Below, one piece after another: positions 26,891 through 40,640 of a stretch of 64,000 nucleotides of DNA. The position numbers were made by a program, and so were the translations under genes. The stretch comes from Eledone cirrhosa (Eukaryota). Under the pieces are notes generated by a model. That model had not been told where the DNA came from and did not search any database. It saw nothing but the letters and a program-made list of their open reading frames with translations. Every line of letters starts with the position of its first letter. Positions within the stretch are counted from its first letter, which is position 1. Location: positions 310,930,001 through 310,994,000 of the forward strand of contig OZ024740.1 in NCBI GenBank assembly GCA_964016885.1. Direction: 5' to 3'.

Positions 26891-26960
26891 CCTCATTACC
26901 AGAGGTTTCCCGAATGAGGCGAATACGAAATAAACGACTTCATTCGTTCTTCAGACGAGG
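26891..26960 (-). ncRNA. Type I hammerhead ribozyme motif
   Basis: CCTCGT-CTGAAGA-A-CGAATGA..TCATTCG-G-GAAA-CCTCTGG-TA-ATGAGG. Helices I, II and III all pair, with a GUA cleavage triplet. Confidence 0.7.
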
Positions 26961-27397
26961 CAATATAAAACATGGGTAAATACTTAGAAAAACTCATCAA
27001 GAAAATCAAAAAAAGATATAGATAAATGAAATAGAAATTGAAATATATAAAAATCTATCAAGAAATATAGTTAGGTGTGTGTATATGTATGTATATACGC
27101 TCACAGATGTGCATATATGTATATGCACACATGTATACGTATAGTAAGAAAGTGTGCGTGATTCTAAAATTTAGGGCAAATGTATCTATATGTCTGTAAT
27201 CTACAGACAGAGTAGTTACATCATAAATATATGAATATGGAGGCGCGCGCATAAAACGCCTGCACACTCGTACACTTAGATGCGGAAAGAAAGGAGGTAA
27301 GGGGGTGTAATAATTAAAAGAAAAGTATCAGTCTCGATATAATTATAAAAATATAATAACGATAAATTAGAAAGAAAAAAAAATATATATATATATA

Positions 27398-28869
27398 TGA
27401 CTAGGTTCGTCAGATTCGGCGCAAGTTACAGATCTTGTGGGCATTTTTATCCTTAACATGATAAATAGAAAACTGCCGGAGATTACCGGAGGTTTATATA
27501 GGGACGACATACTATTTATTGTAGAAAAACATAATAGCGAATTAAATAGAGTAAAGAAAGTAATTATAGAATTTTTTTTAAATTACGACCTGAAATTAGA
27601 ACTAGAAAATAATAATAAAATAGTTAATTTTTTAGATGTGACTGTAAATTTGAACTCAAGCCTTTATTATCCTTTCCATAAAGTCAATGAGAACTTAAAT
27701 TATGTTAGTTTTTATTCTAAACATCCTAAAAGTGTTAAGAATGCAATAGTCAACAGTGTACTACAACGAAAATCCAGGCTGTCTGCTAATAGATCCATAT
27801 TTAATAGTAAGGCTGTATATTATAATGAAGCGTTACATAACGCTGGATATAACAATAATATTGAGGATATAGAAAAAAATACTGAAAATAAAATTAATTA
27901 TAATCACAGTAATCATAATAAAAATGAATATAAAAACAACTTGATGAATAAATCGAGGAAAAAAATAAGAACTAGATCTATAATTTGGTATGCTCCGCCA
28001 GCATCTTTAGCTATTAAAACACCTGTAGCACATTTATTTATAGGGAAGCATTTATCCAAAGCTTTAAAAGCTTTAGATAAATGCTTCCCTAGGTCACATA
28101 AATATTACTCTATCTTCAATAGACACACAGGTAAACTTTCTTATTCAACAACTATGAATATTGCTCAAAGTATAGCAAAAATAAATAATAAACATCTTTA
28201 TTTGAACCAACCTGTAATTAGCAATAATAACAATAATAATAACAATACATTAGTTAATGGGAATAACAATAATAATTGTTTCTACGTTAGGCACAATTCC
28301 AGCAATTGCCCAGTGCATTACTGGTACTTTATGATATGGGAATAACAATAATAATAGTTTAAACACGAATAATAGTAGAACACCTTTAAATAATAATGGG
28401 AATAGTTTAAGGTCTGTAAATAACATTGAGAAGAAATTTAATTGTAGAAAAGGGTCTGAATGTCCTTTACAAAATAATTGCCTTGACAAGAATCTAGTAT
28501 ATAAATGTACCATTAAGACAAATAATAATATATATAACTACATAGGTGCCACTTAATCTAAATTTAAGGAACGATGGTATATTCATAGTTATTCTTTCAA
28601 TAAACCGGATAAGAAATGTTCAACTTCACTTTTACAATTAGTGTGGTCTTTAATGGACAATAATATTAAATACTCCATCTCTTGGACGAAATTAAAGAAT
28701 GCTGCTTCCTATCGGAACTCAACTAATTCGCAAATTTGAAATCTTTGTAACCTTGAGATTCTACAGATAATTACAAATTATGACAATTTAATCAACAAAA
28801 AAAAAGGAATTATTTAGTAGTTGTCACCATAAAATTGGTAAAACTTTCCAGGCAACGTACAAGTTTTGA
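27398..28869 (+). mobile_element. 5'-truncated Naiad-type Penelope-like element (RT C-half plus GIY-YIG), decayed
   Basis: GSSDSAQVTDLVG, GLYRDD, FLDVT, S.HP, IIWYAPP, KLSYS, NCR..CPLQNNCL..LVYKC, YIGAT..FKERW..H..SF, xNLC.LE and ELFSSCHH. Confidence 0.85.
28272..28332 (-). mobile_element. 3' tail of the Meta-like SINE inserted in the PLE (AAT)n tract
   Basis: Reverse complement of the SINE tail at 20610-20665. Confidence 0.75.
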
Positions 28870-28957
28870 AAACATATTGACAAGTAATAATTTAAATATA
28901 TATATAAGTTTTGCCTTATTGTGATAATAATTTATTGATATTTATATGTATTAGTGA

Positions 28958-29175
28958 AGGCGCATGGCTGAGTGGTTAGAGAATTGGATTCACAATCTTG
29001 AGATTGTGAGTTCGATTCCTGGACCGGGCGATGCGTTATGTCCTTGAGCAAGACACTTTATTTCACGTTGCTCCTTCTACCTGGAGTTACGACCGATAGA
29101 TAGTACTAGCAACTGGAAAGACCGACGAAAACATTGTTTCCTCGGTCCGATTTGACGAAAGTCGATCGATCCTTT
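28958..29175 (+). mobile_element. tRNA-derived SINE (CORE-like segment)
   Basis: GGCGCATGGCTGAGTGGTTAGAG..GAGTTCGATTCC..TGTCCTTGAGCAAGACACTT. Confidence 0.8.
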
Positions 29176-30367
29176 TTTTATATGTATTAGAATAATTTCA
29201 TTAAGAGTCTCGTTATCCTATGCTTCGATTAGGACGGTTCAATATTTAACTAGACATCAATTATGATATATACAATAGATGATTTCATGGTTTTCGAAAT
29301 ATCGCTGGACGTGAGAGTAGAGATAAGTTATAAATGTTTGTATATGGTGAATGCGTTATCTTCCTTTTGTTTACATTGTCCGTAAAAATTTCTTTTCTTT
29401 TTGACTAGCTTGCTAAAATATATTAATATGATTAATAATAGAAAGACTATCATTAAAAGGAAACTATATATCAAAATAAGTAAATACAGAAGTAACTATA
29501 ACCATTCATTAAATTAATGAAATAAAACTTTTGAGAGTAAATATAACTACAGTTTAATCCTAGGAATTAAATGAAAATTAAAGAATAGTAAAGATTTTAT
29601 AAAGAGAATCTCCTAATTAAATTAAATAATTTAGGTAATAAATGATCTAAATATATTATATGTATTGATGGTGATATATGCATGGTATTATATTTTAATA
29701 CATATCTAATAATTATTTAAATACGCTTTAAAGATTAATTCTTTTAAAATATTTATAGAAAATCTTACCTTAAAATAAAAAATTATAATAATCTATAATG
29801 AGTTAAATTAAATTATATAAATTTATAATTAAACTAAATATGTGATTGCTATAGAAAGTAATCTATACTGATTAATTTTGATATAATATATAAGTATAAT
29901 TAGCTAAAACATAATCAAATACAAGAGATATTCAATTGTTTATGTGAATAGATTTGATGTCTTATTTGATCTAGCATTTGAAAACAACGGTTTTTTATCC
30001 CCCTCTATTCGATGTTCCCTTATTTTACTTTATTTTTCTTTACCCCCACTCCCACCCCTTTTTTCCCTTTTACTTTACCCACACCTTCCCTCTCTTTTGT
30101 CGTTATTCCTCTTTTCTTTTTTACATATTTCTTTTATTCATTCACCCACTTATTTTTTTTATTCATTTATCTATTTATGTATGTATTTATGTATTTATTT
30201 ATTGCCTTTCCCCTTCTTTACACCCCCTATTATATCTATAATTTTCTCTACGTCCTTTTCTTCTCTAAGTTTATCATATTATTTGTTGTATAAAAACGTT
30301 GAGATTTGATGAAATAAATCACTGCAATACTGGAATTGAATAATCAAGACCGTAGCGGTATGTTATA

Positions 30368-30450
30368 TATCAAATCATATATTTTATCTGATGAGGACGT
30401 ACTGAAAAAAACAACACAGTACCTTTGAAATAAAGTATATATTTTGATTA
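30368..30450 (+). ncRNA. Hammerhead remnant lacking helix III
   Basis: CTGATGA, GTACTG/CAGTAC helix II, GAAA and a long flanking helix I, just before (TA)n. Confidence 0.4.
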
Positions 30451-30480
30451 TGAGAATATTTTTCATTTGTTAACATTTCG

Positions 30481-30580
<100 letters not shown>

Positions 30581-31204
30581 TTTCTGAATTTGTTTAGCAA
30601 GATTCTTTATCTGAAAACGTGTGTTGAAACCGATATTGTTATAATTTGGGAGGGTCATGTTGCCAATAAGAAACACACGCACCAGTTGCTTTCACTTCAA
30701 TTTATTATAATAAATTTATAAATTTAGGAATTTATAAATTTCCGGCTGGTTGGTTGGTTCCACAACCAGATTGTCAAAGTTCTTTCATCACACATTCTGT
30801 GACCTGGTTAGATACCATTAATAACAAAAAACAAATCCTCCATTCCCATTATGCCAAACCCTTGACTTCCAAATATCTGATCCACCGAAACTCAGCTGTT
30901 TCGGACCATACCAAAATCAACATACTGATTGCGGATTTGGTACGTGTCCCGCATGTGCAACCCCGAAGAACTAGAGAGACACATACAACACTTCATCCAC
31001 CGTATGCAGTTCTCTGGTTACAATCAGAGAGATAAAATCAGAGTGTATAGAGGAGCCAGAACCAAATGGGAAAAAATGGTAAATAATGACACAAATGGGA
31101 CCTGCCCCTTGTATAGGAGCAAATTTTGGAATAGAATAGAATGAACTAGGATTAAGGCTAATAGAATAAACTCATGGTATGATAGCAATAAATACCAGAG
31201 TGTA

Positions 31205-31747
31205 ATGTTCATCGATACAACCCCATCGATACAACCCCGTGAATTAGCTTACAAATTTAGAAGGGCCCTAGATAAACATAAACTCAATATTAAGATAGTA
31301 GAAAGACCAGGCACCTCCATAAAAACACTTATTAGCAAGACACACCCTTTTCAAAGACCCCCCTGTATAGATAAGAAATGTATAACCTGTAAATTAAGCC
31401 CCCATATTAACTGTAAAACTAAAAATGTAGTATATAGAATAAGATGTACTGAAGGACAATGTAGAGACAAAAATATAGTGTATGTAGGTGAGACAGCTCG
31501 TAGTGTAGGGGAACGGATAAATGAACACTGGCGAGACCTTCAAGATAGTAAAGAATCATCTGTACTCTACCAGCATGCTAAAATAGAACACAAGGGTAAA
31601 TTAGAGAACATAGAAATAAAAATAGAATCTACACACAGAAAAGACGCAATGTTTAGACAAATCACAGAGGCAATAAACATAAAAGAATTACAACCAAAAT
31701 TAAATAGAAAACATGAGTGGAACAGCAACATCACAACTTACAATTAA
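31205..31747 (+). CDS. PLE Cys-rich linker plus GIY-YIG endonuclease (fragment of element ORF)
   Basis: CIDKKCITC..C...NVVYRIRC...YVGETARS..R..EH...RQITEA..I..LN.K.EW. Confidence 0.85.
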   Translation: MFIDTTPSIQPRELAYKFRRALDKHKLNIKIVERPGTSIKTLISKTHPFQRPPCIDKKCITCKLSPHINCKTKNVVYRIRCTEGQCRDKNIVYVGETARSVGERINEHWRDLQDSKESSVLYQHAKIEHKGKLENIEIKIESTHRKDAMFRQITEAINIKELQPKLNRKHEWNSNITTYN

Positions 31748-31948
31748 GGACAAAATGAAAACACACACGCACATAGAACAAACAACCAACCTTTAACATG
31801 TAAATAAACAAATAAATAAACGAATATAAACACACACAGACACCCGGATGTGGCGCATGCGCAGACTAAGCACACAACACACACACAGAAACAAGATGGC
31901 GTAGGACAGAACAAAGGAGAAGCACAAAAACAAAGAAAAGAATCCCCA

Positions 31949-31991
31949 GTCACTGAAGAAGTCACAGAATGTGTGACGAAAGAACTTTGAC
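31949..31991 (+). ncRNA. Minimal type I hammerhead ribozyme in the PLE 3' region
   Basis: GTCA-CTGAAGA-A-GTCACA-gaatg-TGTGAC-GAAA-GAAC-TT-TGAC. Confidence 0.75.
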
Positions 31992-32121
31992 AATCTGGTT
32001 GTGGAACCAACCAACCAACGGGAAATTTATAAATTCCTAAATTTATAAATTTATTATAATAAATTGAAGTGAAAGCAACTGGTGCGTGTTTCTTATTGGC
32101 AACATGACCCTCCCAAATTAT

Positions 32122-32177
<56 letters not shown>

Positions 32178-33000
32178 CTCCGTGCGCGCGTGTTTGATAT
32201 GGCAACATGCATAGAAAATACAGGATCTCCCTCTCTCTTCCTCTCTCACTCCCACTTGCTCTATCTCTCATGCTTTCTCCACTCATCGCTCTCTCCGTCC
32301 CTTTCCTTGTCATATTTTCTTTCATTATTCAACCACTTTCCTTCTTCCTATTGATGTCTCTCTATTTGTTTTCTCCTCTCTAACTCTGTCTGTCTTTCTG
32401 CAGAGCACACACGCAAATAAGCACAAGCATACACTGGTCGGCCGGACTTTCATCGCCAACTAATGAAAGTCTGCTTTTGACAGTTCGAACTATAAGTTGT
32501 ATGAAATCTCCATCAACCGGATAAATCGAATAGACAAGGAAGTTGATAAAGAGATTGCGTTCTGTCTGAGACAACCCAAGAGAGCATCTAACTAACCACT
32601 TCTATATCCTTGCGATAACCAAAACGAGTTGACAGTTGGACGGTTTAGGCTGTCAGACTTCTTAGAAAGTCAGAAAATATCGGCTAAAGTGCTAAACATT
32701 TCTAATCACTCTATTCAATGCAATCCTATTGAGAAACCATACAATTTCATTAATATAGTTGTAAACGCAATGAAACCAGAGAAGCAAGGTATTAGAAATG
32801 CTTAAGTTTTTTTTAAAATCATTTCAAGTGGAATTTAGAAAACAATGAAGAAAATTGCTAATTACTTTCAGATTTACAATAACATGTTCGACATTTTCAT
32901 ATCTATTTTTTCTGTATTTATTGGAAGAGCTCACATTGCCGAATCAATAAAAAAAAAAGAACAACTAGCTTCATATGCGAATGTTGTATTGTGTTACCAG

Positions 33001-33086
33001 TGCTGCGCTATGAGGAGGATCACGATACTTATGTTTTTAAAAATGACAATAATTCAGTCGCCTTAATTGTAAATAAGTACCAGCAG
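33001..33086 (+). CDS. Candidate host exon (LRYEEDHDTYVFKNDNNSVALIVNKYQQ)
   Basis: TTGTGTTACCAG acceptor, CAG|GTAAGA donor, phase 1 to 0. Confidence 0.4.
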
Positions 33087-34577
33087 GTAAGAACAACTCA
33101 ATGTAGTAAGCAACAGGAACATTCTAAAATAAACAATGCTTCAGTAACTAATAAACTTGAGTTGAATTGTGTTTGTGACTATTACATGAGTATATGTGAG
33201 CTTCGTGAAATTGTTTTCTCATATGTAATTATCATTAAGTCCATCAAATTAAATTTGTCCCAATGCTCCTATGATGAAATGACTGTTGGGATTTTATATC
33301 ATGATTGGAAATGAAGTATATGGTGGAAGCAAAGAAATATATTTTGCCATGTTTTTTGTTTTTGTATTTGTCTTTTTTTTTTTTTGTTTTTTTGGTTTTG
33401 TTTTTTGTTTTTTTTAGTGTCTATTTTAAGTTTCTGTCCTTATATTCGTGACTGGTGCAATTCACAAATATTGACGTTTTATTCAATAATTGGGGAATTG
33501 GTAGCAAAGATATAGCATATTTATAACTCTGTATGTGCGTGTGTGAGAGAGAGACGGAGAGACAGATAGGCAGCCAGAGAGTGAGTGGGAGAGAGAGACA
33601 GAGAGTGAGAGTGAGTGAGAGAGAGACACACACACACAGAGAGACAGAAGTGAGAGAGAGATCAGCTCGAATTATGCCTGCTTGTTTGCATTATAATTTA
33701 TTGAATTATACCAATTGAATTATACTGCTCTGAATAATAATTTAATGCTTTCTTGATCATGTAGCAAAAGAGAATTCATTTTTATCATTATTAATAGCCG
33801 TAATTGTAATAGTAGAATGCTAAAAATGATAGACTTTTTAAACTGATATTTATTTCTATCTGAGAGTTTAAATATTGCCGGGGGCTGAATTTTCTTTTCA
33901 TCCTTCCGAAATCAATAAAATAAGTAGTTGCCATATACTCCATACCATCATCAACATCATCCTCATCACCACCACCATCACTATCATCATCATTATAATA
34001 TTCATCTGAATTATTATCATGATCATCATTATGGTATTTCTTCGTCCTCATTATTTGAAAAATATATATATACTATTTTACGTGGGTCATTAGCAGACAC
34101 AAATTTAGTTCATGTCATTTTAAATAGGTGGTTATAACATTTAAAAAAAATTTCAGCTTACGGAAATAACTGAAATATGTCATTGGCTTCGATTATAATA
34201 AATCAACTATGTATTTCATATGCTAAATAATGTTCGCAAAATTATATATAATCAATGAAAGTATCACTGAGAAGGTCCAATAGCACGGAAACATATCAGT
34301 AACAGGTGATATCGAAATAGAGTAAAGTAATTTGAAGAAACGTTATTTTGATAGCGGACTACCGTTATCCAGGATTTGAAGAGACAATATTTCACAACTA
34401 GGTATACCGTTAATTATTTTATCTCTGAAAATAGAGTGAAACGATTTAACGAAATGTTCAATACTGGACATAGTGTTAGCTATTATTCTTTTTGATAATG
34501 TTACTTGCGTCCCGGACTCAGCTATAAACAGAGAAAAAAAAAAAAAAGTAAAAGAAGAAAGTGAAATAAAAATGAGA

Positions 34578-34649
34578 GAAGAAGAAGAAGAAGAAGAAGA
34601 AGAAGAAGAAGAAGAAGAAGAAGAAGAAGAAGAAGAAGAAGAAGAAGAA
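34578..34649. repeat. (GAA)n microsatellite
   Basis: Direct observation. Confidence 0.97.
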
Positions 34650-35308
34650 ATCTATTCATCTGCTGTCGCAGTGCATCGGACCAACTTTGACAGACCTTTT
34701 CGTGATTTAAGTAATTTCAAGCCGCTAAAGTCACTTAGTTCTATGTGGCCCGTGTCATTATTATGCAGGAGAATCAACATTTACCCTCATACCGCCATTA
34801 CTTACAACCATCAAACACACGCATACTAGTAAGTAAAATGATACCCCGGTCAGATGTGGCACGAGGAACAGTGCAACTATATACTTTCAGAAAATTGTAT
34901 TTTTATACACAACAGGTTGATCGGCGCCGCTTGACACCCGCAGTCCTACGTAGATCAACGAAAAAGAAGGCCTGTTGTTAATCTTTTATTCTTACTATGT
35001 AGTCTGAACCAACTAAGACATACCCTTTATGACTCCAGCATGCCAGCCTCAATTTTACACACCAACATTTATTTCCTACCGCATCTGCGGAGATATACGT
35101 GTTTGTTTACGTCTGCAAAACCAATGGCGGTCCTGAATAAGAAGCCATATAATTCTGAAGCAAACTCCTTAACTACATAGCCTTATATATGAGAGAATCT
35201 TCAACTTAACGAGAATGTTGACTGACAGAAATAACAACGGTAGGTATTTTATTTGTATTTAATGTTCTTTTTTAATATATCTCTGTTTTAGCTAGCCCAC
35301 ACACTCAC

Positions 35309-35368
<60 letters not shown>

Positions 35369-36019
35369 CACGCACGCGTGCGTGTGAGTGTGTGTGTGTA
35401 TGTATGTTATATTTTGTTTGCGACTTCGAATGTGCTTTTTCCCCATTTGAATCTGAAATGACAAACATAAAATGAACTTGGTAATTGCAAGACAAAGCAC
35501 GTAAATTCTGAAGTGGCAATGTCATTAAATAACGTGACATTTGCTTAAAATAAATTTCTAACTCAAGTTCACGAAAGGAAAACATTTCAAGAACACTTCA
35601 GAATTTTCATGTCACCTCACATATGGCGATACACAAATTACTTCATGTATGTGTCAGATATCAATATTAAAACTAATCTAATAGAAGTATTGAAAGAATG
35701 ATTTCACGGACCGACTATAGCCATGCAATCAAGAACACTTAGTATGAGCGTGTTTTGTGTGCTGCAGAGTGAATGTCATCATCTACTGAGCTCCATCTAT
35801 CACATATGTTCACTTCTGTCTTCACCCATTTTACATTTAAGTTGTATGTGTAAATTTTGGCTAAAGTAAATTGCCAGTGGAACTATTTACTCTGCCATGT
35901 TAACTTTTATTTCACTTAATACTGCACATGAAGCTTATCATTGGTGATTTCAAACGCATATACAGATACACTTATATGCACATACATGCAATCAGACTCG
36001 CGCACACACACACACACAC

Positions 36020-37133
<1,114 letters not shown>

Positions 37134-37504
37134 TTAATATTATTTTAAGGCAACGCTTCTAATAACTCTAGTTAAACATGATATATATTAATAATAAATT
37201 ATCGTTGTAAGAGCACACAGAAAATTGCGCATACTAACGGATCTGGAGAACACACTCTGCACGTGAATATGTACCTCCTTGCGAAGATTGGTGTCGATTA
37301 TCGTCTTTTTATACGACTTAATAAATCTGTGCACCAAGATCTGATGGTGCATCCGGAAGTCAAGCATTTTTTCTAGTTTCCTTATTCGATGCAAAGACCG
37401 CTCACGAAGAATATTTTTGTTTTTATAGTAAGCTTTCTGATAAGACTATATTATCTTTATTGACAATTCTATACACAGCCTTTCTTTGCAATACTTTATC
37501 TTGC

Positions 37505-37670
37505 TTCGCAGATCTGTACTCGGCCTGCTTTTTAGCCAACTCGGTACGTTTCCTAGCACTACGCTCGGCTTGTTTTTTTTAGATATAACGACTGAATTTG
37601 CAGATCTATACTCGGCCTGCTTGTTTGCCAACTCATAGCATTTTGAAGATCTATGCTCAGCCTGTTTTTG
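37505..37670. repeat. Imperfect ~45 bp tandem repeat (AGATCT.TACTCGGCCTG core)
   Basis: Four diverged units are visible. Confidence 0.6.
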
Positions 37671-37988
37671 CTTTATTTTAGCCGAATTCGCTAATTATTA
37701 ATTTTGACATAGATAGACTATTTTTATTTTTACTTTATTTTATAAAAAATCTTTTTTTTCTATATTTATTTTATTTTATTTTATTTTATTTTATTTTATT
37801 TTATTTTATTTTATTAATACATTTTTACACTTCTTAATCCAATGTTCAGTATTTAAACCCAATATAAAATAATATATTTAGACCTCTAATATTTGAATAC
37901 GATCTATAATATTTGCACATACACCTCATCAATTTACTTTTTAACCGTTATTTACAGCTGTTTTCATTTTGACAGCGTTCCTGATCAA

Positions 37989-38051
<63 letters not shown>

Positions 38052-38207
38052 CTTTTTCTTCCTTTTTCCTTTCTTCTCTTTCTTTTTCTTTTTTCTCCTC
38101 TTCTTTCCTTTTCTTTTATTTTCCTATCTATTTCTTACTATAGTATCATATGTAGACTTAACACTTTCCTGTAAACAAGTGCTATTATGTCTCATATCAT
38201 GTTACCT

Positions 38208-38277
38208 TATTTTATCTGATGAGAACACAAGTTTTGTCCCAGGATGACATTGTATTCGAAATGCGCATAATAAAATA
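38208..38277 (+). ncRNA. Type I hammerhead ribozyme with an intact core
   Basis: TATTTTAT-CTGATGA-GAACACAA..TTGTATTC-GAAA-TGCGCA-TA-ATAAAATA, with an 8 bp helix I and palindromic helix III. Confidence 0.82.
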
Positions 38278-38313
38278 TATAGAACTCTTTTAACCAATAT
38301 TTTATTTCTTCTT

Positions 38314-38460
<147 letters not shown>

Positions 38461-39059
38461 GACAGCGGGGGGAGAAAAAAATGCCTTCACTTGTGCTTTC
38501 AACAAATTTATTTTGTGCTTTCAACAAATTTATTTTCTTCACAAAATCCAAAAAGAATTTTTTTCCCGGATTAGAAAAAAAATTTTTAAAAGAAATTTTT
38601 TTATATAAATTAAGTTGTTAGTTGTTGGTTAGGTCTTAGGAGTTCTTGGTTAAAGTAGGAGGTATTGTTTCGTTTTTAGAAAGACCTTTCACGCTGAGGT
38701 GCGCTTGTCAAACTGATGTGTATGTGGTGTGTTGTTCTATATATGGGGATTTAACATGTTTGTGGTGTGGTTGGGGTTTTTTCTCCCCCTTTAATGAGTG
38801 TAGGGGTGTAGGTGTGTTGAAAAAATGTTAATAGCAGTAATGAGTTGAGACAGTGAGTAGGGTTGAGTGGGGAGAAATGTGGCAAGTGCGGCCTGCCCCG
38901 GTCACTCTCGAAAAATTCTTTTATTCAGGGGAAAAAGCTTTTAGTGTTCCTTTGTGTCGAGAATGGTCATAGGCAAACCGCACCTGCCAAGCTTGTAAAC
39001 AATTATTTTTTTCCTGAAGAATTTTTCTACGTCCATCCTAAAATTAGTCCTTTGTTCAA

Positions 39060-39456
39060 CACACACATATGTGCGCATATACGTACATACACACACGGGT
39101 ATATGTAGAAATATATAGGCACACACCATCAATCACACACCCATGTACATATACATCCACATACATACATAAAAACATATAAAGACACATACAAAAACAC
39201 ATATACACATATGTACACACACGAATATGTACTCATACCTCCACATGGGTATATATATATACATACATACATATACATACATATACACACATAAAGATAC
39301 ATAACTAAATATACATATATACACATACACACACACACACACGTGTACACACACACACACACACACATATACATATGTCCGTATATATACATCCGTTCAC
39401 ACATACATGCATACACACACACACATATACACATATATATATAGAGAGAGAGGCAT

Positions 39457-39501
<45 letters not shown>

Positions 39502-40165
39502 CACATATATACATATATACACATAAACACATACAGACACATACACACATATACACACATATACACATATATATATATTTTTTTATATATATGCATATAT
39601 ATGTATATGTATATATATGTATATATATATGTATATATATGTAGATAAATCTACCAAGAGTTTACGGTAGTGTCCAATCCGTATGAAGAACTCAATGTAG
39701 TCCGGATATCATGGAAAGAAGAGATGCAATGAAAAATCACTTTCGGTGAAAGATAAACGGAATACAGAGTCAAGATAAAATATTAAAAAAATAATGAATA
39801 AAACAATGAAACAGTTCCTTATATTAAACAGTTCCTTATATTAAACAAAAAAAGTTCATTATTTAACGAATATATATGTATATATATATATATATGTATG
39901 TATATGTATATATATATATATATGTATGTATATGTATGTGTATGTATGTATGTGTGTATGTATGTGTTTGTATGTGTATGTGTATGTGTATATATATATA
40001 TACACACATACACATACACATACAAACACATACATACACACATACATACATATACATACATATATATATATATACATATATATATACATATATATACATA
40101 TACATTTACATACATACACATACATACACATATATACATATATATGTACACACAAACACATAAAG

Positions 40166-40230
<65 letters not shown>

Positions 40231-40379
40231 CATATATACATCTACATACATACATACATATACACATACAGAAAACATACATATATGTACACACATATAT
40301 ATACATATATGCACATGCATACACACACACACATATATAGATACATGCGCATATATACACACACATATAAACATATATC

Positions 40380-40427
<48 letters not shown>

Positions 40428-40466
40428 CAAATATACACATACATACATATACATATACACATATAT

Positions 40467-40507
<41 letters not shown>

Positions 40508-40620
40508 TACAAACATACACACATCCATACATATATATACACACACATACACACACTCACATACTTATATACCCACACGTACATGCATCCATACATACCT
40601 ACACACATATATGTGTGTGT
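39060..40620. repeat. Compound (TA/CA/TACA) low-complexity tract within the PLE 3' region, interrupted by unique sequence at about 39642-39870
   Basis: Direct observation. Confidence 0.9.
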
Positions 40621-40640
40621 CTCACCGTTCACTCAGATAT

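Noticed and set aside
28958-29030. tRNA gene
   Set aside because: A and B boxes are present, but the sequence continues into a SINE body and does not close a proper cloverleaf. The same applies to the other SINE heads.
29400-29940. Extremely AT-rich block resembling organellar DNA
   Set aside because: No recognisable mitochondrial gene, tRNA or rRNA motif. It lies between PLE pieces and may be a decayed element.
34473-34829. Poly-Glu ORF
   Set aside because: Produced by a (GAA)n tract, with no splice or homology support.
37188-37670. Minus-strand KQAEYRS-type peptide repeats resembling a Helitron protein N-terminus
   Set aside because: Too decayed, and no Rep or helicase motifs or termini were found. 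Kept only as a tandem repeat.
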